Assembly (NCBI RefSeq): GCF_000013905.1
Contig: NC_007969.1
Span: 1,380,001-1,412,000 of the forward strand
DNA from: Psychrobacter cryohalolentis K5
GTDB taxonomy: Bacteria; Pseudomonadota; Gammaproteobacteria; Pseudomonadales; Moraxellaceae
Direction: 5' to 3'
DNA: 32,000 nt
The translations under genes and the position numbers were made by a program. Below are positions 19,394 through 28,062 of this stretch, in pieces. Position 1 is the first letter of the stretch. Every line of letters starts with the position of its first letter. The notes beneath the pieces are model-generated. The model was not told where the DNA came from. It ran no database searches and was given only the letters and a program-made list of their open reading frames with translations.

Positions 19394-19499
19394 TGAGTAT
19401 TTTTAATTACGAGTACTTTGATCTTCTATTTATATAACTGACTTAATAATCAAATACTATAGTCACTCCTAAATAAAATAAGTACAAATATTATAACGC

Positions 19500-19571
19500 G
19501 CTACTGGTATAAATTTTTCTTGCTTGCTGTGCCTGCGCAGACAGAGGCGGCGCAAAACTTATACCAGTAGC
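19500..19571. repeat. 72-nt inverted-repeat element (13-bp perfect arms extendable to about 18 bp with one mismatch, GC-rich centre)
   Basis: gctactggtataa (19500-19512) pairs with ttataccagtagc (19559-19571). There is an inner tgcgc/gcgca stem and no flanking T-run. Confidence 0.5.
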
Positions 19572-19631
19572 ACTGTGTTTGATTGATAGTGGATTGACTA
19601 TAGCTACACGTATTAGTGAAAACAGCAGTCA

Positions 19632-20561
19632 TTACTGACTGAACTGTTTTTGACACAGCTCCATAAACGCCCGTCCATACTGGCGGATTTCTGCATCATC
19701 ACGTACTGCCATCCAACTGGTAAAACGTCCAAAATGGTCGACTGGAATGGCGGTTAGATTCTGATAATGACTTGGCTCAAATGCCATTTCTGCAATAATA
19801 CCAATCCCTAAGCCAAGTCCAACATAGGTACTAATCACATCAGCATCAAGTGCTGCCAATACGATATCTGGCTCAAGACCGGCATCGCTAAAAGTCTTGT
19901 CAATGGCGCCGCGTCCCGTAAAACCACCGTGATAAGTTACGATTGGATAGCTGGCGAGAGTTGGTAAATCGATAGATTCTAGTCCTGCCAATTCATGATC
20001 GCTTGGCACGATGACACGATGCGTCCAGTCGTAATAACGATAGCAGCGCAGATAGTTGTTATGTAGCAAGGACTCGGTTGCAATACCAATATCGGCCTGC
20101 CCACGTATCACCATCTGTGCGATGGTTTCAGGATCTGCCTGTTGTAGAATGAGATTAACCTTAGGAAAACGCTCTTTAAATTCTTTCACGACTTCTGGTA
20201 AGACATAACGTGCCTGAGTATGAGTCGTGGCAATTGTCAATGTACCGACATTTGGATTGTTAAAGTCGAGGCTGAGGTTTTCAATCGTACGGATTTCGGT
20301 AAAGATAGACTCAATATGCGGCATGAGCGCCGTACCCATTGTCGTAAGCCCCGTTAAACGTTTGCCTTGGCGCACGAACACTTCGGTTTTGAGCTGATTC
20401 TCAAGTGCTGCGATATGCTTTGAAAGACTTGATTGGCTGGTATGCAGTACCGTCGCCGCCTGACTTAAATTATAGCCATTGATTACGGTATGCCACACTG
20501 TCTCCAACTGTTTGAGTTGAATTTGCAGATGCCGCTGATTGACCACTACGTCGATTGCCAT
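19632..20561 (-). CDS. CysB-family LysR-type transcriptional regulator
   Basis: HTH LSQAATVLHTSQSSLSKHIAALE, CysB/Cbl hallmark TIATTHTQARYVLPEVVKEF, and VTYHGGFTGR and DADVISTYVGLGLGIGII collinear with E. coli CysB. At 309 aa I cannot say whether it is CysB itself or a paralogue. Confidence 0.85.
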   Translation of the reverse strand: MAIDVVVNQRHLQIQLKQLETVWHTVINGYNLSQAATVLHTSQSSLSKHIAALENQLKTEVFVRQGKRLTGLTTMGTALMPHIESIFTEIRTIENLSLDFNNPNVGTLTIATTHTQARYVLPEVVKEFKERFPKVNLILQQADPETIAQMVIRGQADIGIATESLLHNNYLRCYRYYDWTHRVIVPSDHELAGLESIDLPTLASYPIVTYHGGFTGRGAIDKTFSDAGLEPDIVLAALDADVISTYVGLGLGIGIIAEMAFEPSHYQNLTAIPVDHFGRFTSWMAVRDDAEIRQYGRAFMELCQKQFSQ

Positions 20562-21056
20562 AAGTTAATCCCATTATATAAAGAGTCAGTCGTCTTTATA
20601 AAAGTTAAAACGCCCAAAAAACATAACAAGCGTGTAGTGTAAATCAAAGCTATTATTCTTGTATATAATAAATAGGTATCTATTTATACATATATGGAAT
20701 ATAGGAAAATCGCTTGGATAGTACGCTAGATAGAAATATAGTAGTAGTAAACCAAAAAATTATAGCTTAATTTATATTTAAGAAAGATTAAGATACATGT
20801 ACTTACTAAGGCAAGCTATAGAGTATATCCGATATGCTCAATCAAGTAGTTAGTGGAAAAACATCTAGTCAATTTAAGCATTCTCAAGTACCATTATTCA
20901 ATTTTGCAGCAAATATCATTTTCTTTGTACAGAGCTAGGCAATTTTTTGTCCTTTTTTATCCTGATAGTCTCGATGTCACACTGCCAGTAGATAAAATTT
21001 TTGGATAAAAAGTAGCGCACTGTCGTATTTTTTGTCTAAATTTTTGGTGAGTCGTT

Positions 21057-22718
21057 ATGTCTGCTGTCCAACCTATTCCGCCCAATTCTACTATTGCCAA
21101 GAAGTCACTTAGCGAATCTTTGCAAGCTTATCTTGATCGGCGTTCACTTATCATGCTGTTCTTGGGCTTTGTCGCTGGCATTCCTATCTTACTAATTTTC
21201 TCTAGCTTATCATTATGGCTGCGTGAAGCAGGGATTGATCGTAGCGTAGTAACGATGTTTAGCTGGGCGGCGCTTGGTTATGCCTTTAAGTTTATCTGGG
21301 CACCACTAATTGATGCGGTGCCATTGCCAATATTAACCAAGCTCTTAGGTCGCAGGCGCAGCTGGATTTTGGTCTCGCAGATTATGATTATTGCCGCTAT
21401 TTGTATTATGGCGAGTGTCAATCCAGCGAATGAAGGCAGTCTAGTCCTGATGGCAGTAGGTGCAGTACTACTTGGCTTTTCATCAGCGACACAAGACATT
21501 GTTATTGATGCCTATCGCATCGAATTGGCACCACCAAGCCTACAAGCGGTCTTGTCTGCCATGTATGTGACCGGTTACCGTATCGGGATGATTGTCGCTG
21601 GTGCTGGGGCATTATATTTAGCCGATTACTTTGGTTCTACCGAGAGCTTTTATAGCTATGAGGCGTGGCGCAATACCTACTGGATTATGGCAGCGGTTAT
21701 GGGCATTGGGGTTATTACCACCTTGGTGATTCATGAGCCGATTAGACAACAAGTGGTCGTTGAACGTAAAACGTCAGAATATACCCGTCTAGTATTAGTA
21801 TTCGCTATATCAGTCATAGGTTTTGTACTGGTATTTGCTAATGCGGGCTTGGTCTTACCTGAGACAGAAAGTGTGTTCGCAGGCTTCTTAATCGAAGTAG
21901 TGCGTATGGTATCGAGTTTGGCAGCGGCTTTGATTATCGGTTACAGCTTAGTAAAAGCCAATCTTGTGGAGCAAGAGTTTGCTAAGACCACATGGATTGA
22001 GCCTATTGCTGACTTTTTCCGCCGTTACGGTAAAAAGGCGTTATTGTTATTGGCGCTGATTGGTCTTTATCGTATCTCAGATATTGTTGCCGGGGTTATC
22101 TCTAACGTCTTCTATCAAGACATGGCATTCACTAAAGTTGATATTGCCAACGCCGTTAAATTGGTTGGCGTTGTCATGGCGATTGCTGGTGGTTTCTTAG
22201 GTGGTTTATTAGCACAAAAGATGCGTATCATGCGCGCAATGATGGTTGGAGCAGTCCTTGCCTGCGTGACCAACTTGTTATTTATTCTGCTGACATACCA
22301 TCCTGGGAGCTTGCCGTATATGTATTTGGCAGTAATCCTTGATAACCTTGCAGCTGGTCTTGCTAGTGCCGTATTTATTGCCTTTTTATCTGCATTAACA
22401 TCTATTCGATTTACTGCCGTCCAGTATTCAATATTTTCATCACTAATGACATTATTACCAAAAGTGGTGGGTGGTTATTCAGGCACTATCGTTGATAGCA
22501 CCAGTTATCCCTTCTTCTTTATGTTTACTTTTCTAATTGGTATTCCTATTTTAGCGCTGATTTATTATGTTGATAAATATATCGTCATTGGTGACAATGA
22601 TGATATTTACGGCGATGGCAGTGACGATAGTAATAGTGGCAGTAATAAAGGTGTTGAGTTAACCAAAGCCAATCCTAATTTAACCAATACTAATGAGCCA
22701 CCGCGCGCATCAGAGTAG
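21057..22718 (+). CDS. ampG: AmpG-family muropeptide MFS permease
   Basis: LGFVAGIPILLIFSSLSLWLREAG and GYAFKFIWAPLIDAVPLP (AmpG FKFLWxPLxD motif), multiple TM segments, and GGTGAG before the ATG. The C-terminal low-complexity tail is acidic and Asn-rich. Confidence 0.85.
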   Translation: MSAVQPIPPNSTIAKKSLSESLQAYLDRRSLIMLFLGFVAGIPILLIFSSLSLWLREAGIDRSVVTMFSWAALGYAFKFIWAPLIDAVPLPILTKLLGRRRSWILVSQIMIIAAICIMASVNPANEGSLVLMAVGAVLLGFSSATQDIVIDAYRIELAPPSLQAVLSAMYVTGYRIGMIVAGAGALYLADYFGSTESFYSYEAWRNTYWIMAAVMGIGVITTLVIHEPIRQQVVVERKTSEYTRLVLVFAISVIGFVLVFANAGLVLPETESVFAGFLIEVVRMVSSLAAALIIGYSLVKANLVEQEFAKTTWIEPIADFFRRYGKKALLLLALIGLYRISDIVAGVISNVFYQDMAFTKVDIANAVKLVGVVMAIAGGFLGGLLAQKMRIMRAMMVGAVLACVTNLLFILLTYHPGSLPYMYLAVILDNLAAGLASAVFIAFLSALTSIRFTAVQYSIFSSLMTLLPKVVGGYSGTIVDSTSYPFFFMFTFLIGIPILALIYYVDKYIVIGDNDDIYGDGSDDSNSGSNKGVELTKANPNLTNTNEPPRASE

Positions 22719-22765
22719 GTTAGAGGTTATAAAAATAAAGCAGATATAATTATTAAGAGTCATTT

Positions 22766-23692
22766 ATGACAGCGCAAAAAGCAGCAGACGTAACAGTATG
22801 GCAAATCAAGCAGCAAGCGATACAAATGGCGGAAGAATTATCTGTTTCGCCATTTTGGATAACAGATTGGCTGTTATATATCATTGATAAACCTGCGCTA
22901 TTTTTAATAACGGATGATAGCTATCAGCTAAGTGATGTTGAGGTTGAGCGATTTAATGTTGGTGTGACCAAAATGCAGCAAGGTACACCATTGGCTTATT
23001 TAACGGGTATACAGGCATTTTGGTCGCTTGATTTTGCCGTTAATGAACATACCTTAATTCCCAGACCCGATACTGAAGTTTTGGTTGAGCAAGTACTACA
23101 TTGGATAAATACTGCCAATGAAGAGTTTGTGCCTAATGCTGCTAACAATAAGCGTCTGCTTGATCTGGGCACGGGTTCTGGTTGCATTGCCATCAGTCTT
23201 GCTCACGAGTTAAAGCTGGCTCGCAAATTGGAACCAGTAAGCTGGCAAGTCGTTGCTGTTGATTTCTCGCTAGAGGCGCTAAAAATTGCTCAGCATAATG
23301 CGGTTAGTAATGCTGTAGATATCGAGTTTGTCCATAGTAGCTGGTATGATGCACTCTCTACTCAGGATGAACATTTATTCGATGTGATTGTCTCAAATCC
23401 GCCCTATATTGATGAGGCGGATGAGCATTTAGCAGGTTTATTAGCAGAGCCAATTAGTGCTTTGAGCGCCCCTAATCATGGTTTGGCTGATATCGAACAT
23501 ATTGTCCATCATGCGCCGCAGTATCTAAAAGTAGGCGGGCTACTAGCGATTGAGCATGGCTTTGATCAAGGGCATGCTGCACGCCAGTTATTTGCGGACA
23601 ATCACTTCGATAATATACAAACGATTAAAGATTTTGGTGGGAACGATAGAGTGACGCTTGGGCAGTTTAATAAAAATAAGCGGCAATATTGA
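22766..23692 (+). CDS. prmC: Peptide chain release factor N5-glutamine methyltransferase
   Basis: SAM motif LLDLGTGSGCIAISLA, catalytic VSNPPYI, and PLAYLTG..FW...F.V....LIPRPDTE, typical of HemK/PrmC. Confidence 0.9.
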   Translation: MTAQKAADVTVWQIKQQAIQMAEELSVSPFWITDWLLYIIDKPALFLITDDSYQLSDVEVERFNVGVTKMQQGTPLAYLTGIQAFWSLDFAVNEHTLIPRPDTEVLVEQVLHWINTANEEFVPNAANNKRLLDLGTGSGCIAISLAHELKLARKLEPVSWQVVAVDFSLEALKIAQHNAVSNAVDIEFVHSSWYDALSTQDEHLFDVIVSNPPYIDEADEHLAGLLAEPISALSAPNHGLADIEHIVHHAPQYLKVGGLLAIEHGFDQGHAARQLFADNHFDNIQTIKDFGGNDRVTLGQFNKNKRQY

Positions 23693-23707
23693 GTACTGGT
23701 AATCCAT

Positions 23708-24502
23708 ATGAGTAATGTAGAAACAGAAATATTGTTAGATGATGAGCTGCTGCGTTATGCGCGTCAAATATTACTTGATGGCTGGGATATTGATGCTCAG
23801 CTACGACTAAAATCATCACGTGTCGTCATGATAGGCGCAGGTGGGCTAGGTTGCCCAGCTTCTGAAACCTTAGTGCGTGCAGGACTTGGGCATATTCACC
23901 TAATTGATGACGATGACATTGAAGCCAGTAATTTACAGCGTCAAACATTGTTTTTACCGGAGGATATTGGTAAACCTAAAGCTATAACTGCTGCGCAAAT
24001 GTTGATGCGTATCAATCCTTTAATCACAGCGCGCGGTACGATAGCGCGTTTGAGTGAAGACAATGCTTATGAGTTACTTGATATGGCGTGCGGTACGCCA
24101 GACCTATTGTTAGACTGTACAGATAATTTTGCTACCCGTGACATCATAAATCGTATTAGTGTGCGCTATCAGATTCCATTATTATCGGCATCTGCTATTG
24201 CAATGCAAGGGCAACTGGCACTGTTTGAGCCAGATCTAAATACCGGCTGCTATCACTGCGTGTTTGGTTCGGTAGTACTGGATGCCGAGGCGGATGAACG
24301 TACGTGTGCCAATTCTGGGGTGCTTGCCAGCACTACAGCTATCATGGGTAATCTACAAGCCAATGCTGCTTTGCAATATCTAGGATTAACCAAAAATCCA
24401 CTGACAAACAAACTGCTGATATGGGATGGTAGTCGGATGCAGCAACGCTTGATGGGATATCGAAAAGAGTCAGAATGTCCTGTCTGTAATAGCCTTTCCT
24501 AA
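23708..24502 (+). CDS. moeB: HesA/MoeB/ThiF-family adenylyltransferase, most like molybdopterin-synthase adenylyltransferase MoeB
   Basis: LRYARQILL, IGAGGLGCPASETLVRAGLG, SNLQRQ, and two CxxC pairs (CYHC, CPVC), collinear with E. coli MoeB. MoeB versus ThiF cannot be settled by eye. Confidence 0.7.
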   Translation: MSNVETEILLDDELLRYARQILLDGWDIDAQLRLKSSRVVMIGAGGLGCPASETLVRAGLGHIHLIDDDDIEASNLQRQTLFLPEDIGKPKAITAAQMLMRINPLITARGTIARLSEDNAYELLDMACGTPDLLLDCTDNFATRDIINRISVRYQIPLLSASAIAMQGQLALFEPDLNTGCYHCVFGSVVLDAEADERTCANSGVLASTTAIMGNLQANAALQYLGLTKNPLTNKLLIWDGSRMQQRLMGYRKESECPVCNSLS

Positions 24503-24576
24503 TTTTAATTAATGATTTTTTACCAATTATAATCGCCGATTCTCAAATATCCTTCTTATGACCACAGTTGTCTTTT

Positions 24577-25938
24577 ATGAAAATTCATCGTCCGCATTTA
24601 TTAAAACATACCTTTAATGTCGTTAATCGTGTTCGTCAAACAGCAAGTGTCGCTGGTTTATCAGCGCTTAGAGTGGCGAAGGGCGAAAAGCCTGATGCCA
24701 TGCTGTTAAAAGAAACTTTTGAACAACTGGGTACGACTTATATCAAAATTGGGCAGTTTATTGCCAGTACGCCGTCATTATTTCCGCGCGAATATGTGCA
24801 AGCCTTTCAAAGCTGTTTGGATCAAACCACGCCATTGTCTTATGCTTATATCGAGCAAGTATTAACAGAAGAGCTAGCTGTTAATGGACTCACACTTGAA
24901 GAGACGTTTGCCTATATTGACTCAAAACCACTGGCTTCCGCTTCTATCGCTCAAGTCCACGCAGCGCGTTTGCATAATGGTGATGAAGTTGTATTAAAGG
25001 TGCAAAAACCTGGCGTCGAAACCATTATGCAGACGGATTTGGGTGTATTGCATGGCGTGACAAAGCTGGTTGAATTGTTGATGCCTTCAATGAGATTTGC
25101 CAGCATTGCGCCGATTATTGATGAGATTCGTTTGCGTATGCTTGCGGAGACAGACTTTATCGCTGAGGCACAAAATATTCGTGACTTTCAGCAGTTTTTG
25201 GCAGTATCAGGCAATACACGCGTGGTGGCACCAAAAGTCTATGAGGCGTACACTACCAAGCGTGTGTTGACCATGAGCCGCTTATACGGTGTCTCTATGG
25301 TAGATGAAACTTTGATGCGTCAATATTGTACTGATCCTGCCCAAGTGATGGCAGATACGCTCAATACTTGGTTTGCAAGCCTGATGCTGTGTAATAGTTT
25401 CCATGCGGATTTGCATGCGGGTAATTTAATGCTATTAACTGATGGACGTATCGGATTTTTAGATTTTGGTATTGTCGGTAAATTGAAGGCTGAAAGCTGG
25501 CGCGCTTGCATGGGAATGATGCAAGCCATGCAGGATAATGATTATTATGCGATGGCACGCCATATGATAGATATGGAGATGACACATGGTGGTAATCAGG
25601 TTGATGTGGTGGCATTGGGTGATGATTTGCAGCGTATGATGAAGACCATCATGGCAGAGGACAAAGCCTTTACCAGTGGTGTGCCTTTTAATACGAAAGA
25701 GCAGGCGGATGAGCTGAATACAATGATGCTGGAGATAGTTGAGGTCGGTAAGCGTCATGGTATTCATTTTCCGCGTGATTTTGCTTTATTGACCAAGCAG
25801 ATGCTCTATTTTGACCGCTTTATGCGTACGCTTGCACCTGATATGGATATGTTTAGTGATCAGCGCGTGCAGATGTTGGGGCAAGCAGAGAAAAATGAGC
25901 AAGAAAATCGTCCAACACTCAATGTTTCGTGGGATTAA
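24577..25938 (+). CDS. ABC1/UbiB (AarF) family atypical kinase
   Basis: KIGQFIASTPSLFPREY, PLASASIAQVHAARL, VLKVQKPG and FHADLHAGNLML are ABC1-kinase motifs. There are no C-terminal TM helices, so it is probably not UbiB proper. The track start 24568 is TTG, and ATG 24577 is preferred. Confidence 0.8.
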   Translation: MKIHRPHLLKHTFNVVNRVRQTASVAGLSALRVAKGEKPDAMLLKETFEQLGTTYIKIGQFIASTPSLFPREYVQAFQSCLDQTTPLSYAYIEQVLTEELAVNGLTLEETFAYIDSKPLASASIAQVHAARLHNGDEVVLKVQKPGVETIMQTDLGVLHGVTKLVELLMPSMRFASIAPIIDEIRLRMLAETDFIAEAQNIRDFQQFLAVSGNTRVVAPKVYEAYTTKRVLTMSRLYGVSMVDETLMRQYCTDPAQVMADTLNTWFASLMLCNSFHADLHAGNLMLLTDGRIGFLDFGIVGKLKAESWRACMGMMQAMQDNDYYAMARHMIDMEMTHGGNQVDVVALGDDLQRMMKTIMAEDKAFTSGVPFNTKEQADELNTMMLEIVEVGKRHGIHFPRDFALLTKQMLYFDRFMRTLAPDMDMFSDQRVQMLGQAEKNEQENRPTLNVSWD

Positions 25939-26035
25939 ATACTATATTCAATGCTGTTCTAATACTCGTTCATAATTGTTGTTTACTACTTTAACACAAA
26001 GGATTGTGTGCTTTTTGCCACAAAATGGCCCTGTC

Positions 26036-27337
26036 ATGATGACTGCTCTCAAAAGCCGTGCTGTTATTACTATCACCAATGAAACAGCTGTTGCGTTGAT
26101 TGGTATGTACTGTATGGCGGTGGTGATGGGGTTTGGACGCTTTTTATTTACAGCCACTTTACCTGATATTATGCTGCAATTGTCGCTATCCACGACCATT
26201 GCAGGTTGGCTCGCTTCAATCAACTATATTGGCTATTTTATTGGCGCGCTTATCGCGATGTTTGTGCCGCAGCGTTTAACATGGCACATGTTAATATTAT
26301 GGACAATAGTTAGTGTCATTACTACCATGCTGTTGGTTGTGCCAAATATGTCATTAAATCTATGGTATGGCATTCGGCTGATATCAGGTATCGCAAGTGG
26401 TGTGGCGATGATTTTAAGCTCATCTTTGGTCATTCAAAGCTTCAGTCTTGAGCGCCGTTCAGTGCTATCGGCAGTGCACTATGCAGGTATCGGCGTCGGT
26501 ATCAGTGCCTCCGCAATACTGACGTGGTGGTTACTGACGCTTGGCTACCATTTCGACGTGATTTGGCTGATCGCTGGAATGATTAGCTTACCTGTTTTAT
26601 GGTTGCTGTATGGCATACGTCCATCTGCTATGGTTACTTTATCTGGTTCAACATCATCAAATCCAACATCAGTAAGCTCAGAAAAACCCCAGAGTAATCA
26701 TTATTCCTCGCTATATCAAACCTATATTAATTTTAAGCGGTCTTTATACGAGGCGCTAGCAGGTCATAGCAAGCCCATTGCGTTATTGTTGACCAGTTAT
26801 GTGCTGGCAGGCTTTGGTTATATTACATCGGCGACTTTTTTGCCGGTAATGGCAGCTCAGCGCTTGACCACTCAAAATTCTGCTGGACTGTCTATTTGGC
26901 TGGTGGTAGGTATTTTTGCCATGCTCTCAAACCCGATTTGGGGTGCTCTTGCCAAGCGTATTGGTGAAGTCAAAACCTTAATGGGCTTGACGTTATTGCA
27001 AGCGTTTGGCATGTATTTGCCCATAGGGTTTGATGGCGCTATTGGTTTATATGCTAATGCCATGATTTTAGGATTAACCTTTGTGGGTATGGTCTCTATG
27101 ACCTTGACGATTATTAAAAACATAAATCCCATCTATTCAAATCTGCTGATAGGACTGGCGACATTAGCCTATGCAATAGGGCAGTTCATCGGACCATTGG
27201 TAACGGTAGCGCTGGCGGGAGAGAATGATAATTTTAATGCAGGGTTGTTGGTAGCGGCTATAGGACTGCTGATAGGACTGGTTTTGGTATTCTTTTTCTG
27301 GCGTCAAACGAACCGACTGCAAAAAATAATCATGTAA
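26036..27337 (+). CDS. YbfB/YjiJ-type MFS transporter
   Basis: VMGFGRFLFTATLPDIM resembles the YjiJ N-terminal GLGRFLYTPMLPVM, with about 12 hydrophobic segments. The track start 25976 is TTG, and ATG 26036 (MMTALK...) is preferred. Confidence 0.75.
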   Translation: MMTALKSRAVITITNETAVALIGMYCMAVVMGFGRFLFTATLPDIMLQLSLSTTIAGWLASINYIGYFIGALIAMFVPQRLTWHMLILWTIVSVITTMLLVVPNMSLNLWYGIRLISGIASGVAMILSSSLVIQSFSLERRSVLSAVHYAGIGVGISASAILTWWLLTLGYHFDVIWLIAGMISLPVLWLLYGIRPSAMVTLSGSTSSNPTSVSSEKPQSNHYSSLYQTYINFKRSLYEALAGHSKPIALLLTSYVLAGFGYITSATFLPVMAAQRLTTQNSAGLSIWLVVGIFAMLSNPIWGALAKRIGEVKTLMGLTLLQAFGMYLPIGFDGAIGLYANAMILGLTFVGMVSMTLTIIKNINPIYSNLLIGLATLAYAIGQFIGPLVTVALAGENDNFNAGLLVAAIGLLIGLVLVFFFWRQTNRLQKIIM

Positions 27338-27356
27338 GCGAATCACTTTAGTATGA

Positions 27357-27845
27357 TTAAACCATACTGCGGCTGAATACTTCTCGCAGCTCAAAGCTGG
27401 TATGGACTTGTGCCACGCCTTCGATACGATTTAACCGATGCAATAAAAATTCCTCATAGTGAGCCATATCCCGTACGCGTACTTTAATCAGGTAGTCCTC
27501 GGAGCGACCAGTGACGATACTACAGCTGATGACTTCATCGAAGCTTTTAACCTTGCGCTCAAACTGCTCAAAACGGTCGGCCGTGTGACGGTCCATACTG
27601 ATAGCAATGAAAACTGCCAAGGGATAGCCAAGTTTTTGGGCATCGGTTTGAGTATGATAACCGGTGATAACGTCACTATCTTCTAAGCGCTTAATACGGC
27701 GCGCACAAGGGGTTGCCGAGAGATTAACGCGCTCAGCAAGCTCAGTAATGCTCATACGTGCATCGGTCTGTAATAAGCGCAATAAGCGTTTATCTGTGTC
27801 ATCAATATCTGCAATTAACAGCTGATTAGAATGAGCATGTTGCAT
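27357..27845 (-). CDS. Lrp/AsnC-family transcriptional regulator
   Basis: DDTDKRLLRLLQTDARMSITELAERVNLSATPCARRIKRLEDSDVITGY HTH plus a C-terminal RAM-like domain. It is 162 aa and divergent from leuA. Confidence 0.85.
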   Translation of the reverse strand: MQHAHSNQLLIADIDDTDKRLLRLLQTDARMSITELAERVNLSATPCARRIKRLEDSDVITGYHTQTDAQKLGYPLAVFIAISMDRHTADRFEQFERKVKSFDEVISCSIVTGRSEDYLIKVRVRDMAHYEEFLLHRLNRIEGVAQVHTSFELREVFSRSMV

Positions 27846-28062
27846 AATAAGTATTTTTATTAGTGGATTATGCCAATTATAGCGATTTATTTATCGTATT
27901 TCACTAATATAAGGTAAATATACTTATTATAAAGCCGATATTCACCTTATAAACTTTGTTATTATAATGGCATAAGTTCGTATTATCTCGTATGATAAAG
28001 CAGGATTTTGGCATTGATTGCCTCACTAAAAATACCAACCTAATGCCATCTAAGGATTGATT

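Noticed and set aside
22676-22688. The 13-mer taatttaaccaat (encoding NLTN) is shared between the guaD insert (4807-4819) and the ampG tail (22676-22688), considered as a possible dispersed repeat.
   Set aside because: A 13-nt identity between two sites in 32 kb is expected by chance (about 32000^2/2 site pairs against 4^13 possible 13-mers gives several matches per window, and more in AT-rich DNA). The flanks do not extend the match.
27992-28060. 22-codon upstream ORF (MIKQDFGIDCLTKNTNLMPSKD) ending 2 nt before the leuA ATG, considered as a leucine leader peptide.
   Set aside because: It has no Shine-Dalgarno, only two isolated Leu codons rather than a Leu run, and no terminator-like attenuator hairpin after it.
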